Positions 17,470-26,505 of a stretch of DNA of 35,439 nt are shown here, piece by piece. The stretch lies in the IMG/VR virus record IMGVR_UViG_3300027991_000003, positions 1 through 35,439 of that record; one strand, 5' to 3'. Positions within the stretch are counted from its first letter, which is position 1. Each line of letters opens with the position of its first letter. Position numbers and translations under genes: made by a program. Under the pieces are notes generated by a model. That model was not told the DNA's origin, did no database searches, and saw nothing but the letters and a program-made list of their open reading frames with translations. This stretch comes from a virus. Its lineage: Duplodnaviria; Caudoviricetes.

Positions 17470-18215
17470 GTCACGCAATTACTACACACGAAGATATCGA
17501 CGATAAGAAAGAATTGATAAAAAGAATGTTCTGCAAAGGTTCAAGCGATGACGAGCTTGAGCTTTTTATGCACGCCTGCAAACGCAGCGGCCTAGATCCA
17601 TTTATGAAACAAATTTACTGCATTAAGCGTGGCCCAACTATGACGATTCAAACGGGAATAGATGGCTTTAGACTGCTAGCCGATAGATCAGGCAATTACA
17701 CACCAGGGAGGGAATCAACCTTCACTTACGATGACAAAAACAAGTTGGTATCAGCAACGGCTTATTTAAAGAAGCGCACGACTGCGGATAATATTTGGCA
17801 TGAGGTAAGTGCGACGGCATACATGGATGAATATAGCTCAGGGCAAAACCTATGGACAAAGATGCCGAGGACGATGCTTGCAAAGTGCGCCGAGGCTTTA
17901 GCATTAAGGAAAGCATTCCCCGCTGAGCTAGCTGGACTTTATACTAAAGAGGAAATGGATCAAGCTGACGTTCATGTCAATACTTCCACAGGTGAACTTA
18001 AGAACGCAGAAGTATCAAAAATTGCTCAATCACCTATCGATAGTGAACAACTAGCTGTTTTACAAGCTTACGTATCTGAATTCCCCGATTCTTTGCCTTG
18101 GATGTTGGATAAATTCAAAGTTGATGAATTGAAAGATGTTCCAGCGAATATGTTTGACTTTCTTGTAAACGTTTTCACAAAGAGAAAAGCGAAAGGTAAT
18201 GATGCAAAAAATTGA
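17466..18215 (+). CDS. bet: Phage ssDNA-annealing recombinase, Bet/RecT family
   Basis: ELELFMHACKRSGLDPFMKQIY, GIDGFRLLADRSG, WTKMPRTMLAKCAEALALRKAFP, GLYTKEEM. Confidence 0.93.
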   Translation: MSHAITTHEDIDDKKELIKRMFCKGSSDDELELFMHACKRSGLDPFMKQIYCIKRGPTMTIQTGIDGFRLLADRSGNYTPGRESTFTYDDKNKLVSATAYLKKRTTADNIWHEVSATAYMDEYSSGQNLWTKMPRTMLAKCAEALALRKAFPAELAGLYTKEEMDQADVHVNTSTGELKNAEVSKIAQSPIDSEQLAVLQAYVSEFPDSLPWMLDKFKVDELKDVPANMFDFLVNVFTKRKAKGNDAKN

Positions 18216-19074
18216 AATAGGTTCGCAAGAATGGCTTGATATGCGACGCAATTATATTACTGCTACAGATGCGTGCGCGATAATGGGAGTGGGTTTTGAC
18301 ACTCCCCTACAGCTTTACAACAATAAATTAAGCGGCAAGCAGAAGGAAAAGAACCATGTAATGCAGCGAGGAATTGATTTAGAACCTATGGCGCGTATTA
18401 TCTTTGAAGAGCAGACTGGTTACATGGTTAGACCGGAATGGCGCGTACATCCCTCGATTAAATGGATGGGTGCTACTTATGACGGAATTAATGACGAGGG
18501 TGTCATCGTTGAAATCAAAGTACCAGGTGAAAAAGATCACATTTTGGCCTGCGAAGGTAAAGTTCCTGAGAAATACTACCCTCAATGTCAGCACCAGATG
18601 AAGGTTAACGAACATGAAATGACATTGTTCCAGCGTGATTATATGTACTATTTTAGCTATCGCCCTGAATATCATATCGCATGGGCGACGGTTAAAGTTC
18701 CCATCGATCATGATTTTTTAGAAAAGATGATGAAGGCTGAAATAGAATTTAGTTATTTTCTACAACATAGAATACCTCCAAAAGCAACTCCACGCGATGT
18801 TGTACTCCTTGAAAATCGATCCTGGCTAATGAATGAAGAGGCTCTGTATGCTATCCGTTTGAAAAAAAAGGCTTTAGACGAAGAGGAAGAGCGCATTAAA
18901 TTGAACATGATTAGCATGTGTAATGGTCAAGCTAGTCGCGGATATAGGCTTAAAATCGCTCCTGTTGAAGTTGATGGACGTATTGACTATGAAGCTATAC
19001 CAGAGCTTAAAGGCGTTAATCTCGATGCTTATAGAAAACCTAAAACGATTCAATGGAGGACGACAGAAATATGA
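18199..19074 (+). CDS. YqaJ/lambda-exonuclease family protein
   Basis: GSQEWLDMRR..ITATD, RGIDLEPMAR, GATYDG, VEIK, YYPQCQHQM; paired with bet. Confidence 0.92.
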   Translation: MMQKIEIGSQEWLDMRRNYITATDACAIMGVGFDTPLQLYNNKLSGKQKEKNHVMQRGIDLEPMARIIFEEQTGYMVRPEWRVHPSIKWMGATYDGINDEGVIVEIKVPGEKDHILACEGKVPEKYYPQCQHQMKVNEHEMTLFQRDYMYYFSYRPEYHIAWATVKVPIDHDFLEKMMKAEIEFSYFLQHRIPPKATPRDVVLLENRSWLMNEEALYAIRLKKKALDEEEERIKLNMISMCNGQASRGYRLKIAPVEVDGRIDYEAIPELKGVNLDAYRKPKTIQWRTTEI

Positions 19075-19241
19075 CAGAAATAAACTGTTGGGATTGTAAA
19101 ATTGTCATTTCCTCTGATAGCTCATGTGTTCTTATAGGAATTCCAGAATTGCCTTTTGAGCAATTTGCCATCATGTGCCCTGATTGCGCTGATAAACGAT
19201 CCAAAATATTTAAGGAAAAATATGAATCTAAAGTTAATTAA
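19071..19241 (+). CDS. Small Zn-finger protein
   Basis: CWDC...CPDC; ATGA-coupled. Confidence 0.6.
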   Translation: MTEINCWDCKIVISSDSSCVLIGIPELPFEQFAIMCPDCADKRSKIFKEKYESKVN

Positions 19242-19479
19242 ATGCAGTGACTTGCCAGATGACCTTTACGATCAATTTAGCGCAATCGTTGATGAGATAA
19301 TGAAATATCTTAAACAGTTTAGACACCCTATGTCATTTTCTGTGTTGCAAGCTTGCCTAATGTTATATTTGAGCGACGCTGCAAAAGATGAGCGTTATGA
19401 CATCGCTAAATGCACTTGCGAGGCTTTGCTTCGTAGCATTGAAGAGGGCATTAAATACCAGGAGGAACATGAAACTTAA
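19222..19479 (+). CDS. Hypothetical protein
   Basis: ATG 19222 with AAGGA RBS. Confidence 0.6.
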   Translation: MNLKLIKCSDLPDDLYDQFSAIVDEIMKYLKQFRHPMSFSVLQACLMLYLSDAAKDERYDIAKCTCEALLRSIEEGIKYQEEHET

Positions 19480-19639
19480 AACGATATATTGGATAACGTT
19501 AATCTCTGCTAATTTATGTATTGTTATAGGAACATCAATATTGATTACAGAATCTTTGAAAATAGCGTTAGGAGTACTTTTACTGTCTCTAGGTATAGGT
19601 GTTTCTTTATGTATGCCAAATAGAGCACCAAGGGATTAA
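19469..19639 (+). CDS. 56-aa two-TM hairpin membrane protein
   Basis: GGAGG RBS; two hydrophobic stretches separated by TESLK. Confidence 0.7.
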   Translation: MKLKTIYWITLISANLCIVIGTSILITESLKIALGVLLLSLGIGVSLCMPNRAPRD

Positions 19640-19641
19640 AG

Positions 19642-19764
19642 ATGGTAAAATTTAACTGGCGATGCTTTTTTGGTTTACATGACTGGTTGTCTAATGAATC
19701 TTCTTACTCAGAAATATTATGCCGATGTTTTAGGTGCGGGAAACACAAGTGGGTAAAAAAATGA
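19642..19764 (+). CDS. Small Cys/His protein (DUF1660-like), 40 aa (not in ORF track)
   Basis: WRCFFGLHDW...CFRCGK; ATGA-coupled to the next gene. Confidence 0.6.
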   Translation: MVKFNWRCFFGLHDWLSNESSYSEILCRCFRCGKHKWVKK

Positions 19765-20237
19765 TAAAATTAATTAAACTGATAGTGAACCCATTCAAAA
19801 ATCGAGTGGGTAAGGTTTTAGTGAAATACTATGATGTGACGTTAGATTGCGAGCTGTGGCTTTGGCGATCGGATGCGCTTTTTCTAAAGATGCCTGAGAT
19901 TAGAAAGGGTGAAAATGTCATACATCTTTTGCGATGGGACAACAAAGAAATCTCCGATGTTTTCCAGAAAGAGGTGCTTGCGCAACTTTTCGCCGATACC
20001 GACATGACATTGGAAAAGGCCGTTGAATTAAGGCAGAAGTGGTTTTTAGACGACAAAGCGAAAAAAGAATCGCAAAAAATTAAGGATGCTCAAACAGCGG
20101 CTAACCAAATCAATAAGGTTAAGCAACTCGCTGAAAATGAGAAGGCTAAAGAATCTAAAGTGCTCAACTCGATGAAGGGATTTACTGAGGTGAAGTTATC
20201 CAAACAACCAGAAAAGATTGCTAAGTTTGTTAGATAA
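19761..20237 (+). CDS. SpoVG-like nucleic-acid-binding protein with basic coiled tail
   Basis: LFLKMPEIRKGE...EISDVFQKEVLAQL resembles SpoVG LFVAMPS...IQDAVL. Confidence 0.45.
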   Translation: MIKLIKLIVNPFKNRVGKVLVKYYDVTLDCELWLWRSDALFLKMPEIRKGENVIHLLRWDNKEISDVFQKEVLAQLFADTDMTLEKAVELRQKWFLDDKAKKESQKIKDAQTAANQINKVKQLAENEKAKESKVLNSMKGFTEVKLSKQPEKIAKFVR

Positions 20238-20447
20238 GGTTTACTGTATGGGAATTTTTAACCGCCTTTAAAACAGAAACGCCCCTGCTATAAACAGAGG
20301 CAATCTATGCTAGATTCTAGATAAGATTCAATTTCTAGATCTAACCAAGCAGGTTCGGTCTAAGACCATAGCAAAGATTGTCGATTAAGCTAAAGTAAAA
20401 TACAAGCTTTATGTTCAAGCAGGGATTTCCACTATGGAGACCCTATC

Positions 20448-21356
20448 ATGTCACGTCCTAAATCTAATCAAGAATCAACTTTTGAATCATGCCCAAACGA
20501 AGAAGAAATAGCTTATTTCCTTGTGCCCCGAGCATTTATTAGAAATTCAAAAATATCTATGGAATGTAGAGGATTTTTGACATATCTAATGAGCCATTCT
20601 GAAAAATTCAAGATATCTATGCCATGGGTTCTAAAAACGCAAAAATTAACTAAGCATCTACTTTATAAAATGATTGATGAAGCTATTGAGCATGGCTACC
20701 TAAAGAGAGAAGTTTATTCCGAAAAAGGATGGAAAAGGTATAGGTATATTTTATCTCGAAATGGAGCTTTCAAAAATTATTTACACTGTCCGAAATTTCA
20801 GGATACTGAAAATCAGGATACTGAAATTTCGGATAGTAAGGATTCCCAATCTCCTACGGAGACTAAGGAAGAACAAAAGAGAGAGAAAAAGGAAGCTACG
20901 CTTCCCCTCTCGCGCCAATTCTGCTACAAAAGATTAAAAATGCAGAGAAGCCGTTACGAAAATTTGGTTTTCCAGCACGGACAGGAAAAAGTAAACCGTT
21001 TTATGGATGAGCTAGATGAATACGCCGATATCAAACCTAAGGCATTTAAAGAATACGGGGATCATGCGATAGTACTTGCCAGATGGATAAGACGTGAAGA
21101 GGAATATATGCCCTCAGGTAAAACAGAATATAGAGGCCATCAGGATGCGATACAATCGATTAAAAGGATCGAGGAGCTATGTCTACCTGCCTTTGCCAAT
21201 GATATTCAAATAGGAGCCGATTATGTGCATTTTGTCAGAATTCCTGGGGCATTTTTTAAAGCAGATGATGGAAGATTTCCTTTAGCTGTAAAAATGCTCC
21301 TAACAAAAATTAAGGTTCCACAAGAAATTATAAAGAAAATATTTAAAGGAACATGA
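20448..21356 (+). CDS. Replication initiator with N-terminal winged HTH
   Basis: YFLVPRAFIRNSKISMECRGFLTYLMSH...IDEAIEHGYLKR, followed by a low-complexity linker encoding DNA repeats (lambda O-like layout). Confidence 0.75.
   Translation: MSRPKSNQESTFESCPNEEEIAYFLVPRAFIRNSKISMECRGFLTYLMSHSEKFKISMPWVLKTQKLTKHLLYKMIDEAIEHGYLKREVYSEKGWKRYRYILSRNGAFKNYLHCPKFQDTENQDTEISDSKDSQSPTETKEEQKREKKEATLPLSRQFCYKRLKMQRSRYENLVFQHGQEKVNRFMDELDEYADIKPKAFKEYGDHAIVLARWIRREEEYMPSGKTEYRGHQDAIQSIKRIEELCLPAFANDIQIGADYVHFVRIPGAFFKADDGRFPLAVKMLLTKIKVPQEIIKKIFKGT
20786..20836. repeat. Candidate replication origin: three ~15-bp iterons and a 16-bp inverted repeat
   Basis: cgaaatttcaggata / ctgaaaatcaggata / ctgaaatttcggata; 20786-20801 and 20821-20836 are inverted copies with 1 mismatch. 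Confidence 0.65.
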
Positions 21357-21703
21357 TGAGAATGCGCGAAATTCCAAGATACGAATGGCCAGTAGATAAT
21401 GACGATGACAACGTGATTAAAGTTTTTATTGGCCGTGGCTTCCTAGTGCAAATCAGGCAACATGGCGATTGTCTGCGCTTGAGCATCAATAAAATAAAGC
21501 ATTGGTTCGATGAGGGTAAACCAGTTTGGGAAGATGGCATTACCTGGGATGATCTACAAGCTATCAAAAATGACTGTGGTTACGCTGATAGGTGGCTATG
21601 CGAATATTACCCAGCTGAGGATGAAGTCGTCAACGTAGCTAACATTAGACATCTTTGGCTGATGGACAAGCCGCCAGAAAATAGCCTGAATGTCAAAACT
21701 TAG
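21353..21703 (+). CDS. Conserved phage hypothetical protein
   Basis: ITWDDLQAIKNDCG...EYYPAEDEVVNVANIRHLW, a motif I recognise from a widespread phage family. Confidence 0.75.
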   Translation: MMRMREIPRYEWPVDNDDDNVIKVFIGRGFLVQIRQHGDCLRLSINKIKHWFDEGKPVWEDGITWDDLQAIKNDCGYADRWLCEYYPAEDEVVNVANIRHLWLMDKPPENSLNVKT

Positions 21704-21989
21704 CTTGATTAAAATAAATTTGAATATGGAAGAAACTCAAGAATCTCTAAAGCAAAACTGGCAAGAGTGCATCTTTTGTTTGCGCAAATGGAAGGTGGAT
21801 TCTCTAGAACTTGAACTTTGCCCTGATTGCTTCCATGCTCTGCGTTGCAATGGTTACCGCGGATATGACACGGTAAAACTTGAGATGCTTCTAAAATATG
21901 GAGAATTTAAAGATCCTCTCGTTCAGCAAGTTTTGAACCTAATGTGGGAAGAGCTTCAAAAACGAGCCATGGCAACGGATGATTTTTAA
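21690..21989 (+). CDS. Zn-finger hypothetical protein
   Basis: CIFC...CPDC. Confidence 0.6.
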   Translation: MSKLSLIKINLNMEETQESLKQNWQECIFCLRKWKVDSLELELCPDCFHALRCNGYRGYDTVKLEMLLKYGEFKDPLVQQVLNLMWEELQKRAMATDDF

Positions 21990-22078
21990 ATCTTACCTTT
22001 CAGCAAAAAATAAAGCGTAACGATGACACCCACAACGATTAAAATTGAAATACATCCTAGATAGATTGGCAGTGTCAT
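21986..22078 (-). CDS. 30-aa single-TM peptide (not in ORF track)
   Basis: MTLPIYLGCISILIVVGVIVTLYFLLKGKI; GAGGT RBS. Confidence 0.6.
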   Translation of the reverse strand: MTLPIYLGCISILIVVGVIVTLYFLLKGKI

Positions 22079-22190
22079 AAATACCTCACTTGTCATAGTT
22101 TCTTTTTTTGCGGAATTTAAAGGTAGAGGAATGCTAAAAATTAACATTCTTCATCGAGGATGAATGACACAACTTTGTATATTCGAGCGT

Positions 22191-22265
22191 ATGGAAATAG
22201 TGATTGTAGCAAGTGTAATTTTAGGAACGATCTTGTCTATCGTTATTATTAGGAGCGGTAAATGA
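22191..22265 (+). CDS. 24-aa single-TM peptide (not in ORF track)
   Basis: MEIVIVASVILGTILSIVIIRSGK; ATGA-coupled to the next gene. Confidence 0.45.
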   Translation: MEIVIVASVILGTILSIVIIRSGK

Positions 22266-22369
22266 TGATCGATTGCATTATCGAAAAATGGCCTTATTTT
22301 GTAGCTCTTTGGTGTCTTATTATTGTCACATGGGTATTTGGATTTTGTGCGGGGAGAGGTAGAAAATGA
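22262..22369 (+). CDS. 35-aa single-TM peptide (not in ORF track)
   Basis: MMIDCIIEKWPYFVALWCLIIVTWVFGFCAGRGRK; AGGAG RBS; ATGA-coupled on both sides. Confidence 0.55.
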   Translation: MMIDCIIEKWPYFVALWCLIIVTWVFGFCAGRGRK

Positions 22370-22602
22370 AATTTTCTGACCCACTAGCTTCAATAATCAA
22401 TATCAATCTAAACAAAGAAAATATTGATGTTATCAGAAATTTTTATCAAAATCTTCTGACAAAAAGCTCAAGCCAAATTGAAATGAATTATTACTTATTA
22501 AAGCTTGAATTTTTTGATAACCTATCGCTTGCGCTTCATGCGGTAGACGATATGGAATTTTTCTTAAAACATGCAGCATTCACAAAATCACAACCGGAGT
22601 AA
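22366..22602 (+). CDS. Hypothetical protein
   Basis: GAGG RBS, 78 aa. Confidence 0.6.
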   Translation: MKFSDPLASIININLNKENIDVIRNFYQNLLTKSSSQIEMNYYLLKLEFFDNLSLALHAVDDMEFFLKHAAFTKSQPE

Positions 22603-22608
22603 ACGAAT

Positions 22609-23118
22609 ATGTCACATATAGTAGTTGGAGAGAGAATAGCCGGAGCAGCACCACACATCATTGGTCACATCATAGCTGGAGCAGGGCACTTTGTTGAGTC
22701 GGCAGGCGGGTTGTTTCAGACCGGAGCTATGCACATGCCAGCAATCCCTATAATCGCTCAGAGCGCGGTTAATGACTTATCTACACCTATTGCCGCAGAA
22801 AGATGGCAATGGCAACGAATGAATGGTCAATATGGAAGTGGAGCATTAATAGCAGCGGCAGAAGTCGAAAGTGACGCTGCTAATAGAGCTTTAAGAGAAA
22901 GCGTTGACCGTTCTTTTGAAAACATGCTCGATGCTGCGCAAGATGCAGGTATGGCTATTCTTAGTGCTGCTGCGGGAGATCCTCAATCGGCAGTTGATTA
23001 TGCAGCCAAAGCCGCAGAGAAATACGTGAATGGAGTTTTAAAAGATTTTGGTCTTAACGGCGGTTGGAATCAACAAGTCTACCAAGGCACGATGGGGCCA
23101 CCAGATAACGGGAGATAA
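22609..23118 (+). CDS. Ala/Gly-rich helical accessory protein
   Basis: 169 aa, GGAG RBS. Confidence 0.7.
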   Translation: MSHIVVGERIAGAAPHIIGHIIAGAGHFVESAGGLFQTGAMHMPAIPIIAQSAVNDLSTPIAAERWQWQRMNGQYGSGALIAAAEVESDAANRALRESVDRSFENMLDAAQDAGMAILSAAAGDPQSAVDYAAKAAEKYVNGVLKDFGLNGGWNQQVYQGTMGPPDNGR

Positions 23119-23119
23119 T

Positions 23120-23194
23120 ATGGGTTATTTATTTTGGTTTGGATGCACAATTTGCGCTATCGATTTGATAGTGCAATATAAGAGAAAGTATTAA
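23120..23194 (+). CDS. 24-aa hydrophobic peptide (not in ORF track)
   Basis: MGYLFWFGCTICAIDLIVQYKRKY; GGGAG RBS. Confidence 0.4.
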   Translation: MGYLFWFGCTICAIDLIVQYKRKY

Positions 23195-23205
23195 AGGTAT
23201 GTAAT

Positions 23206-23400
23206 ATGAAAGGTTTTGAACATGAAGTGGGGATATCAAGAGACGAACTTTATCAAAAAAATAAATTAAGTATGAAAGTTATTGATAAAATTGAATCTAA
23301 TTTGCCTTTAACTTCGGAAGATATTGACAAAGCAGTCGAAAATTTATTTCTTCCACTGAACACCAAAAATGGTGAAAAATATATTGCTACTGAATCCTAG
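23206..23400 (+). CDS. Hypothetical protein
   Basis: AAGGT RBS, 64 aa. Confidence 0.55.
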   Translation: MKGFEHEVGISRDELYQKNKLSMKVIDKIESNLPLTSEDIDKAVENLFLPLNTKNGEKYIATES

Positions 23401-23542
23401 AATTTAATGATGTACATTTACACCACTAACATCTTGCAGTACTTGTTCACCAACTTTAATCTCCCCTTCAATGATGTCCTCAGCGACTTCCATTTCTAGG
23501 GGAGTGCAAGAGAACATAAACAATAAAAACGGCAGGTATTTC

Positions 23543-23812
23543 ATGCGTCACCTCTTATGTATCTCTTTCCTTCTTATAGGCCTTCCATTAATTAATGCCA
23601 ATGATTCAGGAGATTTTGAGGATGGAGTAAAGGCGTTCAGATCATCGGAACATTCTGTCTCAGGCGAGGAAAATGAAATATTTACAGTGAAATGTAGCCA
23701 TCAGATGTTGGCATACATCATAAACACTTTATACAACCAAGGATTTAGAATAATAAGTGTGAGTTGCAATGAGCCTGTTGATCCAATATGGGTGATTAAA
23801 TATGCTTACTAG
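23543..23812 (+). CDS. Putative exported protein with signal peptide
   Basis: MRHLLCISFLLIGLPLINA/ND...; AGGT RBS; stop codon overlaps the convergent glycosyltransferase stop (CTAG). Confidence 0.6.
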   Translation: MRHLLCISFLLIGLPLINANDSGDFEDGVKAFRSSEHSVSGEENEIFTVKCSHQMLAYIINTLYNQGFRIISVSCNEPVDPIWVIKYAY

Positions 23813-24498
23813 TTTGATACTTTTAGACACTTCGTCGGATCGTCTGTCAATGCTTCTGTAAGCATTCCTATGACTCCATCATGGTCAAATTGTATGAATG
23901 GATCTACCCATATTTCTATCCCAGCTTCTCGAGCTTTGCGACAGAAATAATAATCCTCACCCCAAAACTCACCTTGCCAGACTTCAGTGTTGAAAAAACA
24001 ATATCCTTTAGAGGCATTAGATTGAGCGTGTTTAGGCTCAAAATAAAGATGAGGATGAAATTCCCGCATCTTTTCGATTGCGGATCGTTTTATTAGCATG
24101 AATCCCGATGGGACATACTCCATTTTCAGGAGATTATTTTCTGATTTTACGACTGAATGGTCAGGATTGAAAACAGGACGAAATGTAAATTCCCTGTCTC
24201 GTCTAGATGGGTAGACACCAGCAATAAATTCTATATCTGCTTTAATCATCGCTAATACGGCTTCCGCTGGCCAACCTAGATCTGAATCGATGCACATCAT
24301 ATGCGTGCAATCAGTTTGCATGAAGGCTTCAGTTAGACGATTGCGCTCAGCTACTATTAGAGATCCGCTAGTGGAGAGTTTAAGTTGGACCTTTATCCCT
24401 TCAGATGCCAGGAGCATGATGGTTTCTGATAGAGAGATAGCATACTGGACATTGACTTTTCCATTATACGCCGGAGTACAGATGAATATTTTTGTCAT
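23809..24498 (-). CDS. GT-A fold glycosyltransferase
   Basis: KIFICTPAY, SLIVAERN, DxD motif CIDSD, GFMLIKR, GEDYYFCR...IWVDP...H. Confidence 0.85.
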   Translation of the reverse strand: MTKIFICTPAYNGKVNVQYAISLSETIMLLASEGIKVQLKLSTSGSLIVAERNRLTEAFMQTDCTHMMCIDSDLGWPAEAVLAMIKADIEFIAGVYPSRRDREFTFRPVFNPDHSVVKSENNLLKMEYVPSGFMLIKRSAIEKMREFHPHLYFEPKHAQSNASKGYCFFNTEVWQGEFWGEDYYFCRKAREAGIEIWVDPFIQFDHDGVIGMLTEALTDDPTKCLKVSN

Positions 24499-26498
24499 TA
24501 AAGAGCTTTGATGAAAAGTTTCCTATTGAAGTTGTCAGTGCTCTCAACTGTTATAGCTAAACTATTATCCGTTGGCAATTGAAATGAAGTCGCTGAATTA
24601 TAAGCGAATGATCCGCTAGCTGTCGCCAAAACCCCTCCAGCTCCTCCATAGACAAATAGAGATCCTATTGTCATTGAATTTATTGCACTTACTGTCCCTG
24701 ACACACGAGACACCCAGGTAATAGCATCCGTCGATGATGCCACCACACCACCAGCCCCAGCATAGACATAATATCCATTGGAATAGGATAAGGCATTGAT
24801 CGCGCTTGATGTTCCACTAGTCCTAGATGTCCAAGTAACCGCATCGGTGGAAGTGGATAGTGCACCACCATTCCCTGCGTAAACAAAGATCGTCCCAAAT
24901 GTGAGTGCGTTTATTTGGCTTGACGTTCCGCTTGTTTGTAATGACCATGTGATTCCATCCGTTGAAGTTTCAACAAAACCACCCGTTCCAGCGATTACAA
25001 ATTTAGAACTTGCAAATGTCATAGCGTTGATTGCGGATGCTGCTGTATTGGTATTTACTCCGGCATTCTGTACCCATGTCACGCCATCGGTAGAGGTCAA
25101 AGCAAAGTTATTGCCCTGTGCGTAATAAATATTGCTGTTGTATGCCAGGCCTAAAATATTAGATGTCACCCCACTAGTTTGCGCATTCCAGGTAACTGTA
25201 TCCGTTGAGGTAGCTAAAACACCACCCGCTCCGGCATAGACATATTTTCCATTACCATAGGTAAGACAAAAAATATTGCTCGATGTCCCACTAGTTTGTG
25301 CTGTCCATGTCGTGCCATCTGTAGAAGATCCCAACGCCCCAATATTTCCACCATATACATACAAGGAATTTCCGAATGTTAGACATTCTATTACGCTCGT
25401 CGTATTACTTGTTCTGGCATTCCAAGTAATTCCATCAGTCGAGGAAGATACTACGCCACCAGCTCCTCCATAAACAAAGACAGTACCGAATGTGAGTGCA
25501 TTGATGATGCTAGTTGTTCCGCTAGTTCTGGATGTCCAGGTAATCGCATCAGTACTTGATCTTAAAACGCCACCAGCTCCCGCATAGACAAATGTAGACA
25601 CTCCAAAAGAGAGAGCGTTGATATTGCTTGAGGTCCCGCTAGTTCTGCTCGTCCAGGTAATCGCGTCCGTTGAAGTATGGATGTTGCCACCAGCAGTTCC
25701 ATAAACATATGTACTCAACCCAAATGTTGAGGATAAAACTGAGCTTGTTGTTCCGCTTGTTCTACCTGTCCATGTAATGCCATCAGTAGAAGAATAAAGA
25801 ACCCCTACCGCCCCTCCAGCTACAAATAATGAGCCTGAAAACGAAGTGTTATTCCCAGTGGAGAAACCACCAATTGAGGGTTTGCGGGTATTCCAAGTAA
25901 CTCCATCCGATGAATAACCTAAAAGTTGGCCACCTGAAACATAAGTACTAGCTCCATAGGCTATCGAATTAAGTGCTGATTGTGTGAATTGCGCATTTAC
26001 GGTATAGGCTACTGAATCAGTTGATGTAGCGGTTACACCGCCAGCTCCCGCATAGACAAATTTTGTTCCATATACTAAAGCATTGATATTACTAGTGGTG
26101 TTGGAGGTCTGGCTATTCCAAGTGATGCCGTCAGTTGAGCTATGGATATTACCACCGTTTGTCCCATAAACATAAGTGGCTGTTCCAAATGCTAGAGCAC
26201 TTATAGTACTGACTGTTCCACTAGTTCTAGATGTCCATACTGTCCCAGGACCATTGATTAAGCCGACTCGTGTATAAAGAGTAGAATATGTCGATTGAGA
26301 GATAACTGATCCATCGCAAGCTAGCCAGTTAGGATTTGGGTATGTAGCTCCGCCACCTGTCGCAAAATAGGCAAGAGAACCAATAGGATTTCCAGCAGAT
26401 CCGCCAGATATAAAAACACCGCTTGCATTGACGGCAAGTGAACCCGCATTGGCTAGATTAGTCTGATAAAAACTTCCGCCTGATGTTCCTACTGACAT
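24498..26498 (-). CDS. Tail fibre / receptor-binding protein: collar-like domain plus tandem BNR/Asp-box-like beta-propeller repeats
   Basis: PNWLACDGSVISQSTYSTLY and C-terminal TSFQLP (collar halves) flank ~39-aa repeats STDGITWxxRTSGTxSxINALxFG. Confidence 0.85.
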   Translation of the reverse strand: MSVGTSGGSFYQTNLANAGSLAVNASGVFISGGSAGNPIGSLAYFATGGGATYPNPNWLACDGSVISQSTYSTLYTRVGLINGPGTVWTSRTSGTVSTISALAFGTATYVYGTNGGNIHSSTDGITWNSQTSNTTSNINALVYGTKFVYAGAGGVTATSTDSVAYTVNAQFTQSALNSIAYGASTYVSGGQLLGYSSDGVTWNTRKPSIGGFSTGNNTSFSGSLFVAGGAVGVLYSSTDGITWTGRTSGTTSSVLSSTFGLSTYVYGTAGGNIHTSTDAITWTSRTSGTSSNINALSFGVSTFVYAGAGGVLRSSTDAITWTSRTSGTTSIINALTFGTVFVYGGAGGVVSSSTDGITWNARTSNTTSVIECLTFGNSLYVYGGNIGALGSSTDGTTWTAQTSGTSSNIFCLTYGNGKYVYAGAGGVLATSTDTVTWNAQTSGVTSNILGLAYNSNIYYAQGNNFALTSTDGVTWVQNAGVNTNTAASAINAMTFASSKFVIAGTGGFVETSTDGITWSLQTSGTSSQINALTFGTIFVYAGNGGALSTSTDAVTWTSRTSGTSSAINALSYSNGYYVYAGAGGVVASSTDAITWVSRVSGTVSAINSMTIGSLFVYGGAGGVLATASGSFAYNSATSFQLPTDNSLAITVESTDNFNRKLFIKAL

Positions 26499-26505
26499 AT
26501 TTAAC

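Noticed and set aside
24600-26240. CRISPR array or DGR template/variable repeats
   Set aside because: The repeats are degenerate in-frame protein repeats; no spacers, cas genes, reverse transcriptase or adenine-specific variation were seen.
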